Virus record (IMG/VR): IMGVR_UViG_3300037501_000255
Source of the DNA: a virus
Lineage: Duplodnaviria; Caudoviricetes
Direction: 5' to 3' (one strand)
Length of the DNA: 64,000 nt
Within the stretch, counting starts at the first letter, position 1; each line of letters opens with the position of its first letter. Under the pieces are notes generated by a model. It saw nothing but the letters and a program-made list of their open reading frames with translations, ran no database searches and was not told the origin of the DNA. This document shows positions 47,261-55,758 of the stretch, piece after piece. The translations under genes and the position numbers were made by a program.

Positions 47261-48028
47261 TCAGCTAAAGTCAGGATCTGAATATGCATTTTCTGCAGCA
47301 GGACTAGCGAATATTACCCGACATTTGTCGCACATGTCCGGATCGTCTCGGTAGCATATTCCTATCCATTTGCCAGTAAGGACATTGTACATTTTTTGAT
47401 ACTTCTTAGAGGATCGGACGAGTTGTGGGTGTTCCTTGTGCTCTGCCTGATTTAGCAGGAATTCCTCATTCCTGACGTTATTTCGTGTCTTGACCAGGAC
47501 GTTTAGCGTAACACTCTCGCCACCTTGCGGATTCTGCGTTCGCTGTATAGACGCGATGAGTGGGACGCGATCAAGCGTATCCGAGTCTGTCACGCTCCAG
47601 CGCTCAGGCAAGCACTCTTCGAATGCCGCCATAAGTGCCGCATCTAGCGATGCCTCAGGGCCTGCCCACAGATTAGGAGGGCAGGCCCTGAATACCGCTG
47701 CGTGTGTTTCGTTAAATGCGGCCATTGACAGCACACCGTCCGCCACACTACGTCCCGACACCTGCTCGAAGGACAGGTGCGGATGTAGACCGCGCGGCGT
47801 CGGCAGCAGCCGTACACAGCAAATATTTCTGTGTACGGCTCTATCACTTTCCTCCATTTGATACCAGGCCGTCAGCACCACTGGCACAGCATACTTGGTA
47901 AGAAAGTACTTCCTCGCTAACGCCGCAGATTGCGTTCTGGCAATAAGAAGCATTTCTGCTGGTGAGAAGTCGGAGACGAGAGTGCGCTTTTCGGAAAAAA
48001 TAAGTGGAGTCATTACAGCCCCTGTCAC
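47261..48028 (-). CDS. hypothetical protein coupled to the E1 gene
   Basis: 255-aa ORF whose start overlaps the ThiF stop. Confidence 0.75.
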   Translation of the reverse strand: MTGAVMTPLIFSEKRTLVSDFSPAEMLLIARTQSAALARKYFLTKYAVPVVLTAWYQMEESDRAVHRNICCVRLLPTPRGLHPHLSFEQVSGRSVADGVLSMAAFNETHAAVFRACPPNLWAGPEASLDAALMAAFEECLPERWSVTDSDTLDRVPLIASIQRTQNPQGGESVTLNVLVKTRNNVRNEEFLLNQAEHKEHPQLVRSSKKYQKMYNVLTGKWIGICYRDDPDMCDKCRVIFASPAAENAYSDPDFS

Positions 48029-48891
48029 TTAGGTAGACGCAGTGCGAGCCCCAGCTTGGACCACGATTCCAACGAGGACTTCGTCAGCGGCCTTTGCGAG
48101 AACTTATTTTTGATTGAAAATTCAACCATGTATGTGGATATGGGATTTCCGCTTAGCAGATCATACACGAAGTTGAGTGCAAAAGTGGCCGCATTAAGGT
48201 TGACGAATCCGAATTGATTTGAGGACTCTGCCATCTCAGCACAACTGAGTTCGCTAGCCAGCTTATCTGTCTTAGCTCGCTCGACTAGCTCGGGGAATAC
48301 TTCGAACAGATGCGGGGTGCGATACACCCCGGTGCTGGGCTCCATTGCTGATGTTATGCAGGTGAGGAGCACCTGGCCGGCCACATCTTCATTGCCACAG
48401 TCAATGATATAACCGCCATTTGGGTAATATAGCTGAAGGGCCTCGACCATAAACTTCCGGGCTTTGATATTGTCAACGCACGAAATGATGAGTGGCGTAG
48501 AATTACCATAGTTTATGTTGTTGACCTGCGCATTGCGGAGGGCTGTTTTGATAGAGTTTGCGGATTCTAGATACTGCGGCAGGAATTGTATCTGCGTACC
48601 AAATGCAGTTGAATATCTCCTGGCCAGAGCCTCAGCCTTGTTTTTACCAACATCAGACTTGATAAAGTTCTGGCGTATAAGATTCTTTGGCTCTACCGTA
48701 TCTGCATCTGCAAGTGTCAAACAGACTGGCTGCCTGCTGTTAAGCAGCAAACGAACTAGATTTGGGATGACGTAACTGCCCGTGCCTCCGCAGCCTATAA
48801 CTAGTACATTTTGTATATTTGTCAGCGGCTTGAGCGGATACAGGGGTTCGATCGTGAGTGTTTTTGTCTGTGCCATGCTACATTGCCTCAC
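48025..48891 (-). CDS. E1-like ThiF/MoeB family enzyme (PRTRC ThiF-like)
   Basis: IGCGGTGS, DADTVEPKNLIRQNF, KAEALA, SCVDN, DCGN and candidate catalytic Cys in LSCAE. Confidence 0.93.
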   Translation of the reverse strand: MRQCSMAQTKTLTIEPLYPLKPLTNIQNVLVIGCGGTGSYVIPNLVRLLLNSRQPVCLTLADADTVEPKNLIRQNFIKSDVGKNKAEALARRYSTAFGTQIQFLPQYLESANSIKTALRNAQVNNINYGNSTPLIISCVDNIKARKFMVEALQLYYPNGGYIIDCGNEDVAGQVLLTCITSAMEPSTGVYRTPHLFEVFPELVERAKTDKLASELSCAEMAESSNQFGFVNLNAATFALNFVYDLLSGNPISTYMVEFSIKNKFSQRPLTKSSLESWSKLGLALRLPK

Positions 48892-50048
48892 TCATTCAGG
48901 AATGGGTCTGATGGAAGTTCGTCTGTCTCGGCAGCGTCTGCAACTTCTGGAAGGAGCGCCACTATCGTCTCTTCGTGGCCCGCCTCGAGAAGAGATCCAA
49001 TCAGGTCGGCAACGTCATCATCAGTCATGGCGTCGACCAATTTGTCGAACAGTCTCTGCTTCTGTACTCTTGTCATTTCAACTCCTCCGATAGAAAGGCG
49101 CGCGGTGGTGCTTTTAATCAGATCAATCAGTAGTTCGTCATCATCAGCGTCTACGTCTGACGACGCTGCGCTCCGCTGAAAAAAGGGGTGGTCCGCCGCC
49201 GCACCTCCCATTCTCCTACGAGCATCGCTTATTGCGAATTCAAGCTCGGTTTCAATGTCCAGTTGTGTGGGGCGAGATCTGTGCGTCATCGCCGCACGTT
49301 CATTGCCCAGCGACGTACTTTCAGACGAAGAAGTGGTTCTGACAGGAGCTGTTGGATATTTAGTAATCCTGCTTTTCCAATCGCCAGGAAAGGCGACCTC
49401 CGGCTCCTCCTCAAAGATATCTTCGCGTTTAATAATCACCCGCTTGCCTCCACACACAAAGGAGAAGAGCGTGGCAGGTGAGGACTGATTTAACTTACCG
49501 ATAACACCAAAAAATCTGTCACTCTTCTCATCAGCATTGTCTGTTCCAGAGAAAAAAGCATCCATTGTGTTGTGGGAGTGAGTCTCTAGAACAAGGTGGC
49601 ACCGCGCTTCAAGTTCCGTATCTCTCTCGAAATTGACTGAAGCGCCGCTAACTCGTTGGGCCGGGACATGGTTGAAGTACCGCTTCTCAACGGGGTCCCA
49701 AAATGTTTGGACGTACGCCTCATCCTTGCTCTCGTCGCAGATGGATTTAAAAAAAGCAAGTATTTCTTTGAAGAGGGCTAGCGGTATCTTGCCGAAGTGG
49801 CTCCGGCCATACTCTACATTTTGCTCTTCAGGAAATCCAGGAAGTGGGTTTGCGAATTTCTCCCTCTGGATAACAAAAATGCCTGCCCTGGACTTCCGTA
49901 GTTCCCAGACGCCATCGCGTCTGACAATGTAGTTTACCGGCTTCTCTACATTGGAAATGTCGGGCCAAGCCGCGTCCGTGAGGAATCCGGTATTCTGACG
50001 AGCCAGAAACGTTTTCAGATCTAGTTTAGGCTGAGATGATTCAGTCAT
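48888..50048 (-). CDS. JAB/MPN isopeptidase (PRTRC protein A-like) with acidic C-terminal extension
   Basis: JAMM motif E...THSHNTMDAFFSGTD (HxH-x7-S-x2-D). Confidence 0.92.
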   Translation of the reverse strand: MTESSQPKLDLKTFLARQNTGFLTDAAWPDISNVEKPVNYIVRRDGVWELRKSRAGIFVIQREKFANPLPGFPEEQNVEYGRSHFGKIPLALFKEILAFFKSICDESKDEAYVQTFWDPVEKRYFNHVPAQRVSGASVNFERDTELEARCHLVLETHSHNTMDAFFSGTDNADEKSDRFFGVIGKLNQSSPATLFSFVCGGKRVIIKREDIFEEEPEVAFPGDWKSRITKYPTAPVRTTSSSESTSLGNERAAMTHRSRPTQLDIETELEFAISDARRRMGGAAADHPFFQRSAASSDVDADDDELLIDLIKSTTARLSIGGVEMTRVQKQRLFDKLVDAMTDDDVADLIGSLLEAGHEETIVALLPEVADAAETDELPSDPFLNE

Positions 50049-50051
50049 TCG

Positions 50052-50771
50052 TCACTCTCCGTGCTTGAATATGGTTTTGATTGCTGTATCAAAATTCTTA
50101 TATTCTCGACTGTGAGGAAGCAGCCACTCGGTGTCGAATGGGTGCTCAGTCAGATATTTGAGATAGCTCTGAGCTACTGACTCGTTATCTCTACTCACCT
50201 GCGCCCATGGGAACTTTGAGTTTAGGCACGAGGTCTGGAATAGGTCATCATTGAATGGGGCCGTGAAGAATCTCCGCACCGCGCCATTTAGTGCAGCTAA
50301 CGATTTAAAGTTCTTGATCGCCTCTTCGTTTTGCCCCCAGCAAATTCTAGCATCTGGGAATACATTTGGTGTAGGGTAACTGTACAGCCCATCAATACCA
50401 AGCATAATGTTATTCTGCTTCATTGCAAAGATGTATGAATTGCTCACGAAATAGTGATCATTCGCCTTTGTGAGGATGAAGAGGAATAGAGCCGGAGGCA
50501 GGTTGGCTTTGCCCACGGCGTCAGCGGCGCGACCGCGCGAAGAGAATGATACATCATACGTGCTGGCTGGGCGCTCTACCGCTATGTGCGTCTGATCTCC
50601 TTTGACGCCAAGGTATCGCGTGCCGATGGGCAGGAATCCAATGTCAAATGCGACATTGGTGGACAGCACCTTGACTAGATCGGTCAGGTCTATTCCCTTG
50701 ACCTGCTTGTTGCCAGTAGGATCTGTGTACGTGAGGGTCGTTCCCGATTCAACAATATTTACGTCTAACAT
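50052..50771 (-). CDS. prokaryotic E2-like protein (PRTRC protein B / E2 family D-like)
   Basis: LPPALF...LYSYPTPNVFPDARICWG with the expected Cys, FFTAPFN; lies between Ubl and JAB genes. Confidence 0.85.
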   Translation of the reverse strand: MLDVNIVESGTTLTYTDPTGNKQVKGIDLTDLVKVLSTNVAFDIGFLPIGTRYLGVKGDQTHIAVERPASTYDVSFSSRGRAADAVGKANLPPALFLFILTKANDHYFVSNSYIFAMKQNNIMLGIDGLYSYPTPNVFPDARICWGQNEEAIKNFKSLAALNGAVRRFFTAPFNDDLFQTSCLNSKFPWAQVSRDNESVAQSYLKYLTEHPFDTEWLLPHSREYKNFDTAIKTIFKHGE

Positions 50772-50774
50772 TTT

Positions 50775-51638
50775 TCACCATCCAAAAAGTGTGTCTGTGG
50801 AGATTGTCATTTGCTGACGCTCGTCAGTTGCTATAACGGGACTAACATCGTATGTCAGCTGATTTGGGGCATCCATTATTTCATTAATGGTCATTGTGCG
50901 GCGGCGGCGAATTTCTTCCAACCTTTCTCTAGCTATCCGCTGGGCTCTAGCGCTATCAGTCTCTTCAAGAGAGACGGCTGTAGGCTGATTCTTTACAACA
51001 GTTACCAGAATATTCGCCCTGCCAGCAATTACCTCGCGGCGCTGCTCTTCGGAAAGAGAAGAGTGTGCGAGAATCAGGGCGCGCATGACGAGAAGCTTGG
51101 CTGCCAGGATCTTGTTGAAATCTTCTTGCTCGCGCTCTAAATTGCAGAATGGCGCAGTCTTAAATGCCGGGATTAGAAATTCCAGAGCTGTGTTACCTGA
51201 GCGTCCATCTTCGTGTGTGAATGGTGATACGCCGCCGGCAAGCTCCATAGCAGTCGCGAGATCGGGTGATTGGCGAGAGAAATTGAGTGCTCCTACAATT
51301 GCCGCTGCAATGTTATAGTCTATGCCGTCCGCCACGAGCCTACCACCCAACCCGCGAACCAAGATCTTAGGAGACCAGCTTACCGATAAGCCTGGCGTTT
51401 TTGCAATTTGCTTGTCAACAGCAAAGCGCAAATTCTCTATGAAGTGCTTTGAGTTGAAAGCTATGAAAGATTTCATGACTTCATTCACAGCCTCCGGCTT
51501 TGAGAAGTCCAGCGTTGAAATCTCGCTATATCTAGTTGACGTGGGGCGCCGAGATCTGCGCCCAAGCACGAGACTTTGCTCTACAACAAAGACGTGATTT
51601 AGAAGGGAGGCTGCAAGTTGCTCTCTGAGCTTTGACAT
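50775..51638 (-). CDS. hypothetical protein within the Ubl operon
   Basis: 287-aa ORF between the Ubl genes and E2. Confidence 0.8.
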   Translation of the reverse strand: MSKLREQLAASLLNHVFVVEQSLVLGRRSRRPTSTRYSEISTLDFSKPEAVNEVMKSFIAFNSKHFIENLRFAVDKQIAKTPGLSVSWSPKILVRGLGGRLVADGIDYNIAAAIVGALNFSRQSPDLATAMELAGGVSPFTHEDGRSGNTALEFLIPAFKTAPFCNLEREQEDFNKILAAKLLVMRALILAHSSLSEEQRREVIAGRANILVTVVKNQPTAVSLEETDSARAQRIARERLEEIRRRRTMTINEIMDAPNQLTYDVSPVIATDERQQMTISTDTLFGW

Positions 51639-51644
51639 GTGACC

Positions 51645-51962
51645 TCAGATGAAGTCTGAGTTGAGACTTACAGTCTTCAACCTCAGGAAAACGCCTTTGC
51701 ACTCTCGCGCGCTAAACCTCGCGCTAAGCATATCTTTGGCGGTACAGTTCTGGAATATCGTATCAATATCTTCCTGGGAGAGGGCTCTGCGAGCCTGAAT
51801 TAGCTTCTCCAGCGAAGAGCATGAGAGTATGGCTGTGATGTTATCTGAATGGCGCTTAAATGTCTCGCCGAAGAACTTGTCGATGATTTGCTTTTGAATT
51901 TCAGGAATATTCATCTTCATCCCAAAAATAACGGTGGGGACATCAGCGAGTGACATCCCCAC
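51645..51962 (-). CDS. hypothetical protein within the Ubl operon
   Basis: 105-aa ORF. Confidence 0.7.
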   Translation of the reverse strand: MGMSLADVPTVIFGMKMNIPEIQKQIIDKFFGETFKRHSDNITAILSCSSLEKLIQARRALSQEDIDTIFQNCTAKDMLSARFSARECKGVFLRLKTVSLNSDFI

Positions 51963-51983
51963 CGTTATGGTGCGGCTTATAGC

Positions 51984-52169
51984 TCAACCCTTGGTTCCGG
52001 CCTTCTCGGAGAACTCCCAAGTGGTGGAGCCATCGGCATTTTGCACGCGATTCACCTGCGCGTGCATGATGGCGGGCGCCTGCTCTGAAAGAGCAGCGCG
52101 GATTTCCCCTTCGGTGTGACCCGGAGGGAGGTGGTAAGTGACGCCCTGGAAAATAACGGTGTCCTGCAT
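51984..52169 (-). CDS. ubiquitin-like protein (PRTRC protein C-like), copy A
   Basis: 61 aa ending WEFSEKAGTKG; AGGAG upstream. Confidence 0.88.
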   Translation of the reverse strand: MQDTVIFQGVTYHLPPGHTEGEIRAALSEQAPAIMHAQVNRVQNADGSTTWEFSEKAGTKG

Positions 52170-52302
52170 TGTATACTCCTACAGTGGTGTATATGTGTTT
52201 TACCCGCCTCAGCACCACAACAGAGTCGGATATTTGTGAAAATCAACCCTTGGTTCCGGCCTTCTCGGAGAACTCCCAAGTGGTGGAGCCATCGGCATTT
52301 TG
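51984..52302. repeat. 60-bp perfect direct repeat (51984-52043 and 52243-52302)
   Basis: Identical 3-prime 20 codons of the two Ubl genes, checked base by base. Confidence 0.95.
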
Positions 52303-52434
52303 AAACTTATTTAGAGTTGCATGCAGAATAGCGGGGGCTTGTTCTGAGAGGGCTGCGCGAATCTCGCCTTCCGTGTGACCGGCGGGAAGATTATACGTAA
52401 CCCCTTGAAATAGTACTGTATCCATGTGCTTCAA
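52243..52434 (-). CDS. ubiquitin-like protein (PRTRC protein C-like), copy B
   Basis: 63 aa ending WEFSEKAGTKG; 51 of 59 aligned residues identical to copy A. Confidence 0.88.
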   Translation of the reverse strand: MKHMDTVLFQGVTYNLPAGHTEGEIRAALSEQAPAILHATLNKFQNADGSTTWEFSEKAGTKG

Positions 52435-52652
52435 TCCTTGTCTTTAAGTTGTTTCCTGGAGCGCTTGAGGACAACAATGTCCAGCTCCTCGGGGTCACCA
52501 TCTTCGACGGGAACCTCCACTACCGAGACACGCTTCTTGCTGACGCGCGCCTTCTCGCCCGAGAAAAGGGTGCCGAGCTTTCTTGAAGCTAGAACACCTA
52601 CGGCTGCGCCACCGGCAGCAGCTACACCAAGTAATTTCAATAATCCGGTCAT
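52431..52652 (-). CDS. small protein with N-terminal hydrophobic segment
   Basis: 73 aa; AAGGAG upstream; stop overlaps the Ubl copy B start. Confidence 0.75.
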   Translation of the reverse strand: MTGLLKLLGVAAAGGAAVGVLASRKLGTLFSGEKARVSKKRVSVVEVPVEDGDPEELDIVVLKRSRKQLKDKD

Positions 52653-52742
52653 ATGTTCTCCTTATTTACTGTAACCATGCGTGTTGCTGTCACCGTTAGC
52701 GACTACTGCTACGCGGACGGCGGCCACATTGGACGCCTGCCT

Positions 52743-53102
52743 TTAATCCTCTGCTGGCGTCTCTAACTCCTCGACTTCACCGGCATTTAGCACAGTTAGC
52801 TGTACGAAAGCATGTGTAAGTTTTGAAAGTGCCTCATTTAACTTATTAGATGGCGGTATGTCCCTAAACAGAATGCTTAGGACAGCCTTGACTACTGACA
52901 TTTGAACATCTATCTCATCTCTGTGTTGGGATGGATTGAGGCGCAGCTTCCATGTGGCTGGCGCCTCTGCTTCCACACAATCAGAGATTTTAGACAAATC
53001 CGTAATTTCTACTTGAATCTTGTAGTACGGATCTACATGGAGGATGTTTGTGTACTCCTCTATGAGGGCTTCAGCTAGGGAAAGTATATCAGCTTCCTTC
53101 AT
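52743..53102 (-). CDS. hypothetical protein
   Basis: 119-aa ORF. Confidence 0.7.
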   Translation of the reverse strand: MKEADILSLAEALIEEYTNILHVDPYYKIQVEITDLSKISDCVEAEAPATWKLRLNPSQHRDEIDVQMSVVKAVLSILFRDIPPSNKLNEALSKLTHAFVQLTVLNAGEVEELETPAED

Positions 53103-53316
53103 GAGTCGGTGCCCTAAGTGCTGCCAGAAGGATATGATACATCCTCAGTGCAAGGTCTTGCCTCTCTGCATCTGACTGGCCGATTGTCCCAGTTTGAACC
53201 ACGGTTTTATTGCCGGCGGCATCAGTCAACGCAGATTCAAATGTAGAGGTATCGAGATCCATAAAGTACTCGATACTCTTTTCTTCTGATTTTAGGGTAA
53301 CAAGCACTTTTCTCAT
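53089..53316 (-). CDS. hypothetical protein
   Basis: 75-aa ORF. Confidence 0.7.
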   Translation of the reverse strand: MRKVLVTLKSEEKSIEYFMDLDTSTFESALTDAAGNKTVVQTGTIGQSDAERQDLALRMYHILLAALRAPTHEGS

Positions 53317-53318
53317 AA

Positions 53319-53534
53319 TTACTCTGACTTGTTTTCAATGTTGAGCGCCTGCTCAACCTTCTTCAGTCGAGCATCCAGCGAATTTACTGCATTGACAGTC
53401 TTTCCGACAAATTTAATCAGAAGCTGCACGCCAGCATTTTTAGCCGCAAAGCCCGGCAGGTGGTCCTTAATCATAGCCTTGACTTCTTCCATATCAATCA
53501 ACATATCTACTCCGACTTTAGGGTTCAAGTGCAA
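53319..53534 (-). CDS. hypothetical protein
   Basis: 71-aa ORF. Confidence 0.65.
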   Translation of the reverse strand: MHLNPKVGVDMLIDMEEVKAMIKDHLPGFAAKNAGVQLLIKFVGKTVNAVNSLDARLKKVEQALNIENKSE

Positions 53535-53883
53535 TTTGTGTTTTGCAAGATGGGCACTTGTCTATCTTGCCATTGAGATCGAAGAATTTCTGCGAACACT
53601 TTACGCATGTGTGCTTGTGTCCGTACCTGGTCGGCGGGCCGCAGATCGCAGACTTGGCAGATGTATGATCTGCCGGCGTTGGCAGGCGCACCTTATCGCT
53701 CAGTTCTCCGGCTGTGGCCAGATAGCATAAGATCTGTAGTGCTGCCACTGTGCCGTCCTCGACCTCTAACTGCTCCATCCTGTAAAGGAGGGGGCGGGAG
53801 TAGCGCGAGTCTGAAATCACAGCGACGACTTTTTCGTCGTGGAAAAGGAACCTTCCATCAACCAAAGAAAATTTAGACTGCAT
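53518..53883 (-). CDS. protein with C-terminal FYDLN-type zinc ribbon
   Basis: GHKHTCVKCSQKFFDLNGKIDKCPSC. Confidence 0.7.
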   Translation of the reverse strand: MQSKFSLVDGRFLFHDEKVVAVISDSRYSRPLLYRMEQLEVEDGTVAALQILCYLATAGELSDKVRLPTPADHTSAKSAICGPPTRYGHKHTCVKCSQKFFDLNGKIDKCPSCKTQIALEP

Positions 53884-53894
53884 AACTGCTTTCT

Positions 53895-55757
53895 TTATTT
53901 AGAGTTAGAGGTGACCTGTGCTTCGAGGCGCTCGACCTCTTCGGCATCAGCTGTGAGCTCTGCGATCTCCTCTGCGGAGATCCCCTGTAGCTTATCAAGC
54001 AGCATTGGAGCCACAAAGCTAACTATGTCCACTGCATCGCGGCCCAGTGTTTCGCCAGCCACGTACCGGGCTAGCCCACCATAGCCTTCACGGCGCTCTT
54101 CAGTGAACCCGACTTTGGATGCCGCCCCATCAGGCAGTCTCTCTGCCAATTCGGCGGTACCAAGCAGCAGTGCGAGCTGCACAATGCGTTGTACCACAAC
54201 ATTGTCAGTAGGCGAGGCTGCCTCGACTATCTTCTCTGCCACCTTTTGCGAGCCAACTCGCAAAACTGCCTTCTGCAGACCAAGTTTAGCACCAGAAGTT
54301 ACCTGCTTCATACGAGAGTCGGAAGTCGTCGCAGGCGCCTCCCCATGCTTAGTTGTTTTTGTATCCATCGCTGCTCCTCTGAGATTAATTCCTTCTTTCA
54401 CTTCAGCCGAGCGCTTCGCTACGCGCTTCAAAGCCTCTTCGAACTTGTTTTGACGTTGCTCTTGCTTCACTTTCAGGTCTGTGTATGTGGGCATTGCTGT
54501 TCCTGCTAAGTTAATTAATTGTCCGGCATCTATTTCACTAGAAGATGGTCCTATGACCATACTGCCATTCTCAAACCAATATTTGAGAGTCTCTCCGTGT
54601 GGAAGAAAATCTATTATCGCCGGGCCATCATGTCTATGATAGAGCCCCGCAGAGTTAATGAATGTGATGCTTTTAGAATCAGTATCGTACCTAGTATGCT
54701 CAGCTCTATTTACCTGCAGGCCGTGTAAGAAATACGCCTCATACGTTGAGGCATGTGGCGTGGTTGCGGGTAATTTTACTGCTGGTCCCAAAACATTGTG
54801 TAAATTGCCAGTCTCGTCACGATGAATCTCTACTGAGGGGAAGCGTGAAAGTGCTGAAGTGTGATGCTTTGATGTGTCAAAGCCAAAATCTGTTACCGCA
54901 GAGTATGTCTGTCCGCCGGGAACTTTGATTTTAAAGGCTAAGCAGTGTGTGTTTTTTGAGTACGAGAGAATGGCCTTTGACCCGTCCGGGCGCTCATAGA
55001 TTGCCTTTGTTGCTTCAGGATAGGCATTTACCTTCCAGGTTCCGCGATCTAATTGAAGATACGAATACAGTGGGGCTATTGCATGCCCTATATTCTCGTA
55101 AGCAAAGACTTTATACCCTGGCAGACGAGTGCCTACTAGGTCCAGCAGAAGATCGTCTACATTTGTTTCACCCTGCGATGCTGAGAGCAGGGCGATTGTT
55201 CCATCTACCCCTCTGACTACAGCTAAATTATCTAACTTTGCCGTAGTAAAGGAGGAGTCACCACGCACACCCCACGAATGCGAGGATTTGGGGCTGCGCT
55301 CAATGAAGTCGGTAAGGGATACTTCCTGACCTTCAAGAAAGTAGCGTTTGCCCAGCGGCTCAATTATAGCGGGGCCGGCTTCGTTGTGAAGGGCTCCGTT
55401 CTTGTAGAATTCTACAGTTGAGCCGTAGCGCTTGGCTGCTCCAAGAGCACAATGAAGAAGATTTCTGAAAGTGAATTCGAAGTCACCATTGTCATACTTG
55501 TGATAGGCAAATCGTTCTTTGCCGAGATCAATCGAATACGAGATTCGTCGAGAGCCGCCGGCTTTGGTCTTGTTGTAAATGACTTTCCGAGAGGATAGGC
55601 ATTCGAAAGCTAGGGGCAGATGCTCGTATGGTATCTCTTCGCCATCTAACATCAATGTGTTGTGCTGACCTAGCGAAATTCGCTCAGTCCTGCGCGATAT
55701 GTTTGGCGCAGACTCTTTGATGGCTCTAAGCTTAGAAACCCAATCTTCTGTCATCAC
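53895..55757 (-). CDS. 620-aa hypothetical protein with H(N/R)xxGPA repeats and a C-terminal paralogous helical domain
   Basis: LHNEAGPAI, LHNVLGPAV and YHRHDGPAI; C-terminus resembles 58622-59134 and 60753-61232. Confidence 0.85.
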   Translation of the reverse strand: MMTEDWVSKLRAIKESAPNISRRTERISLGQHNTLMLDGEEIPYEHLPLAFECLSSRKVIYNKTKAGGSRRISYSIDLGKERFAYHKYDNGDFEFTFRNLLHCALGAAKRYGSTVEFYKNGALHNEAGPAIIEPLGKRYFLEGQEVSLTDFIERSPKSSHSWGVRGDSSFTTAKLDNLAVVRGVDGTIALLSASQGETNVDDLLLDLVGTRLPGYKVFAYENIGHAIAPLYSYLQLDRGTWKVNAYPEATKAIYERPDGSKAILSYSKNTHCLAFKIKVPGGQTYSAVTDFGFDTSKHHTSALSRFPSVEIHRDETGNLHNVLGPAVKLPATTPHASTYEAYFLHGLQVNRAEHTRYDTDSKSITFINSAGLYHRHDGPAIIDFLPHGETLKYWFENGSMVIGPSSSEIDAGQLINLAGTAMPTYTDLKVKQEQRQNKFEEALKRVAKRSAEVKEGINLRGAAMDTKTTKHGEAPATTSDSRMKQVTSGAKLGLQKAVLRVGSQKVAEKIVEAASPTDNVVVQRIVQLALLLGTAELAERLPDGAASKVGFTEERREGYGGLARYVAGETLGRDAVDIVSFVAPMLLDKLQGISAEEIAELTADAEEVERLEAQVTSNSK

Positions 55758-55758
55758 T

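Noticed and set aside
51943-52279. Alternative-frame ORFs overlapping the Ubl genes (51943-52218, 52052-52279)
   Set aside because: They are shadows of the duplicated Ubl frame; amino-acid conservation with synonymous divergence identifies the Ubl frame as the real one.
52743-53102. Degenerate zincin-like fold with the HExxH replaced (VVKAVLS)
   Set aside because: The resemblance rests on spacing only and cannot be supported without profile searches.
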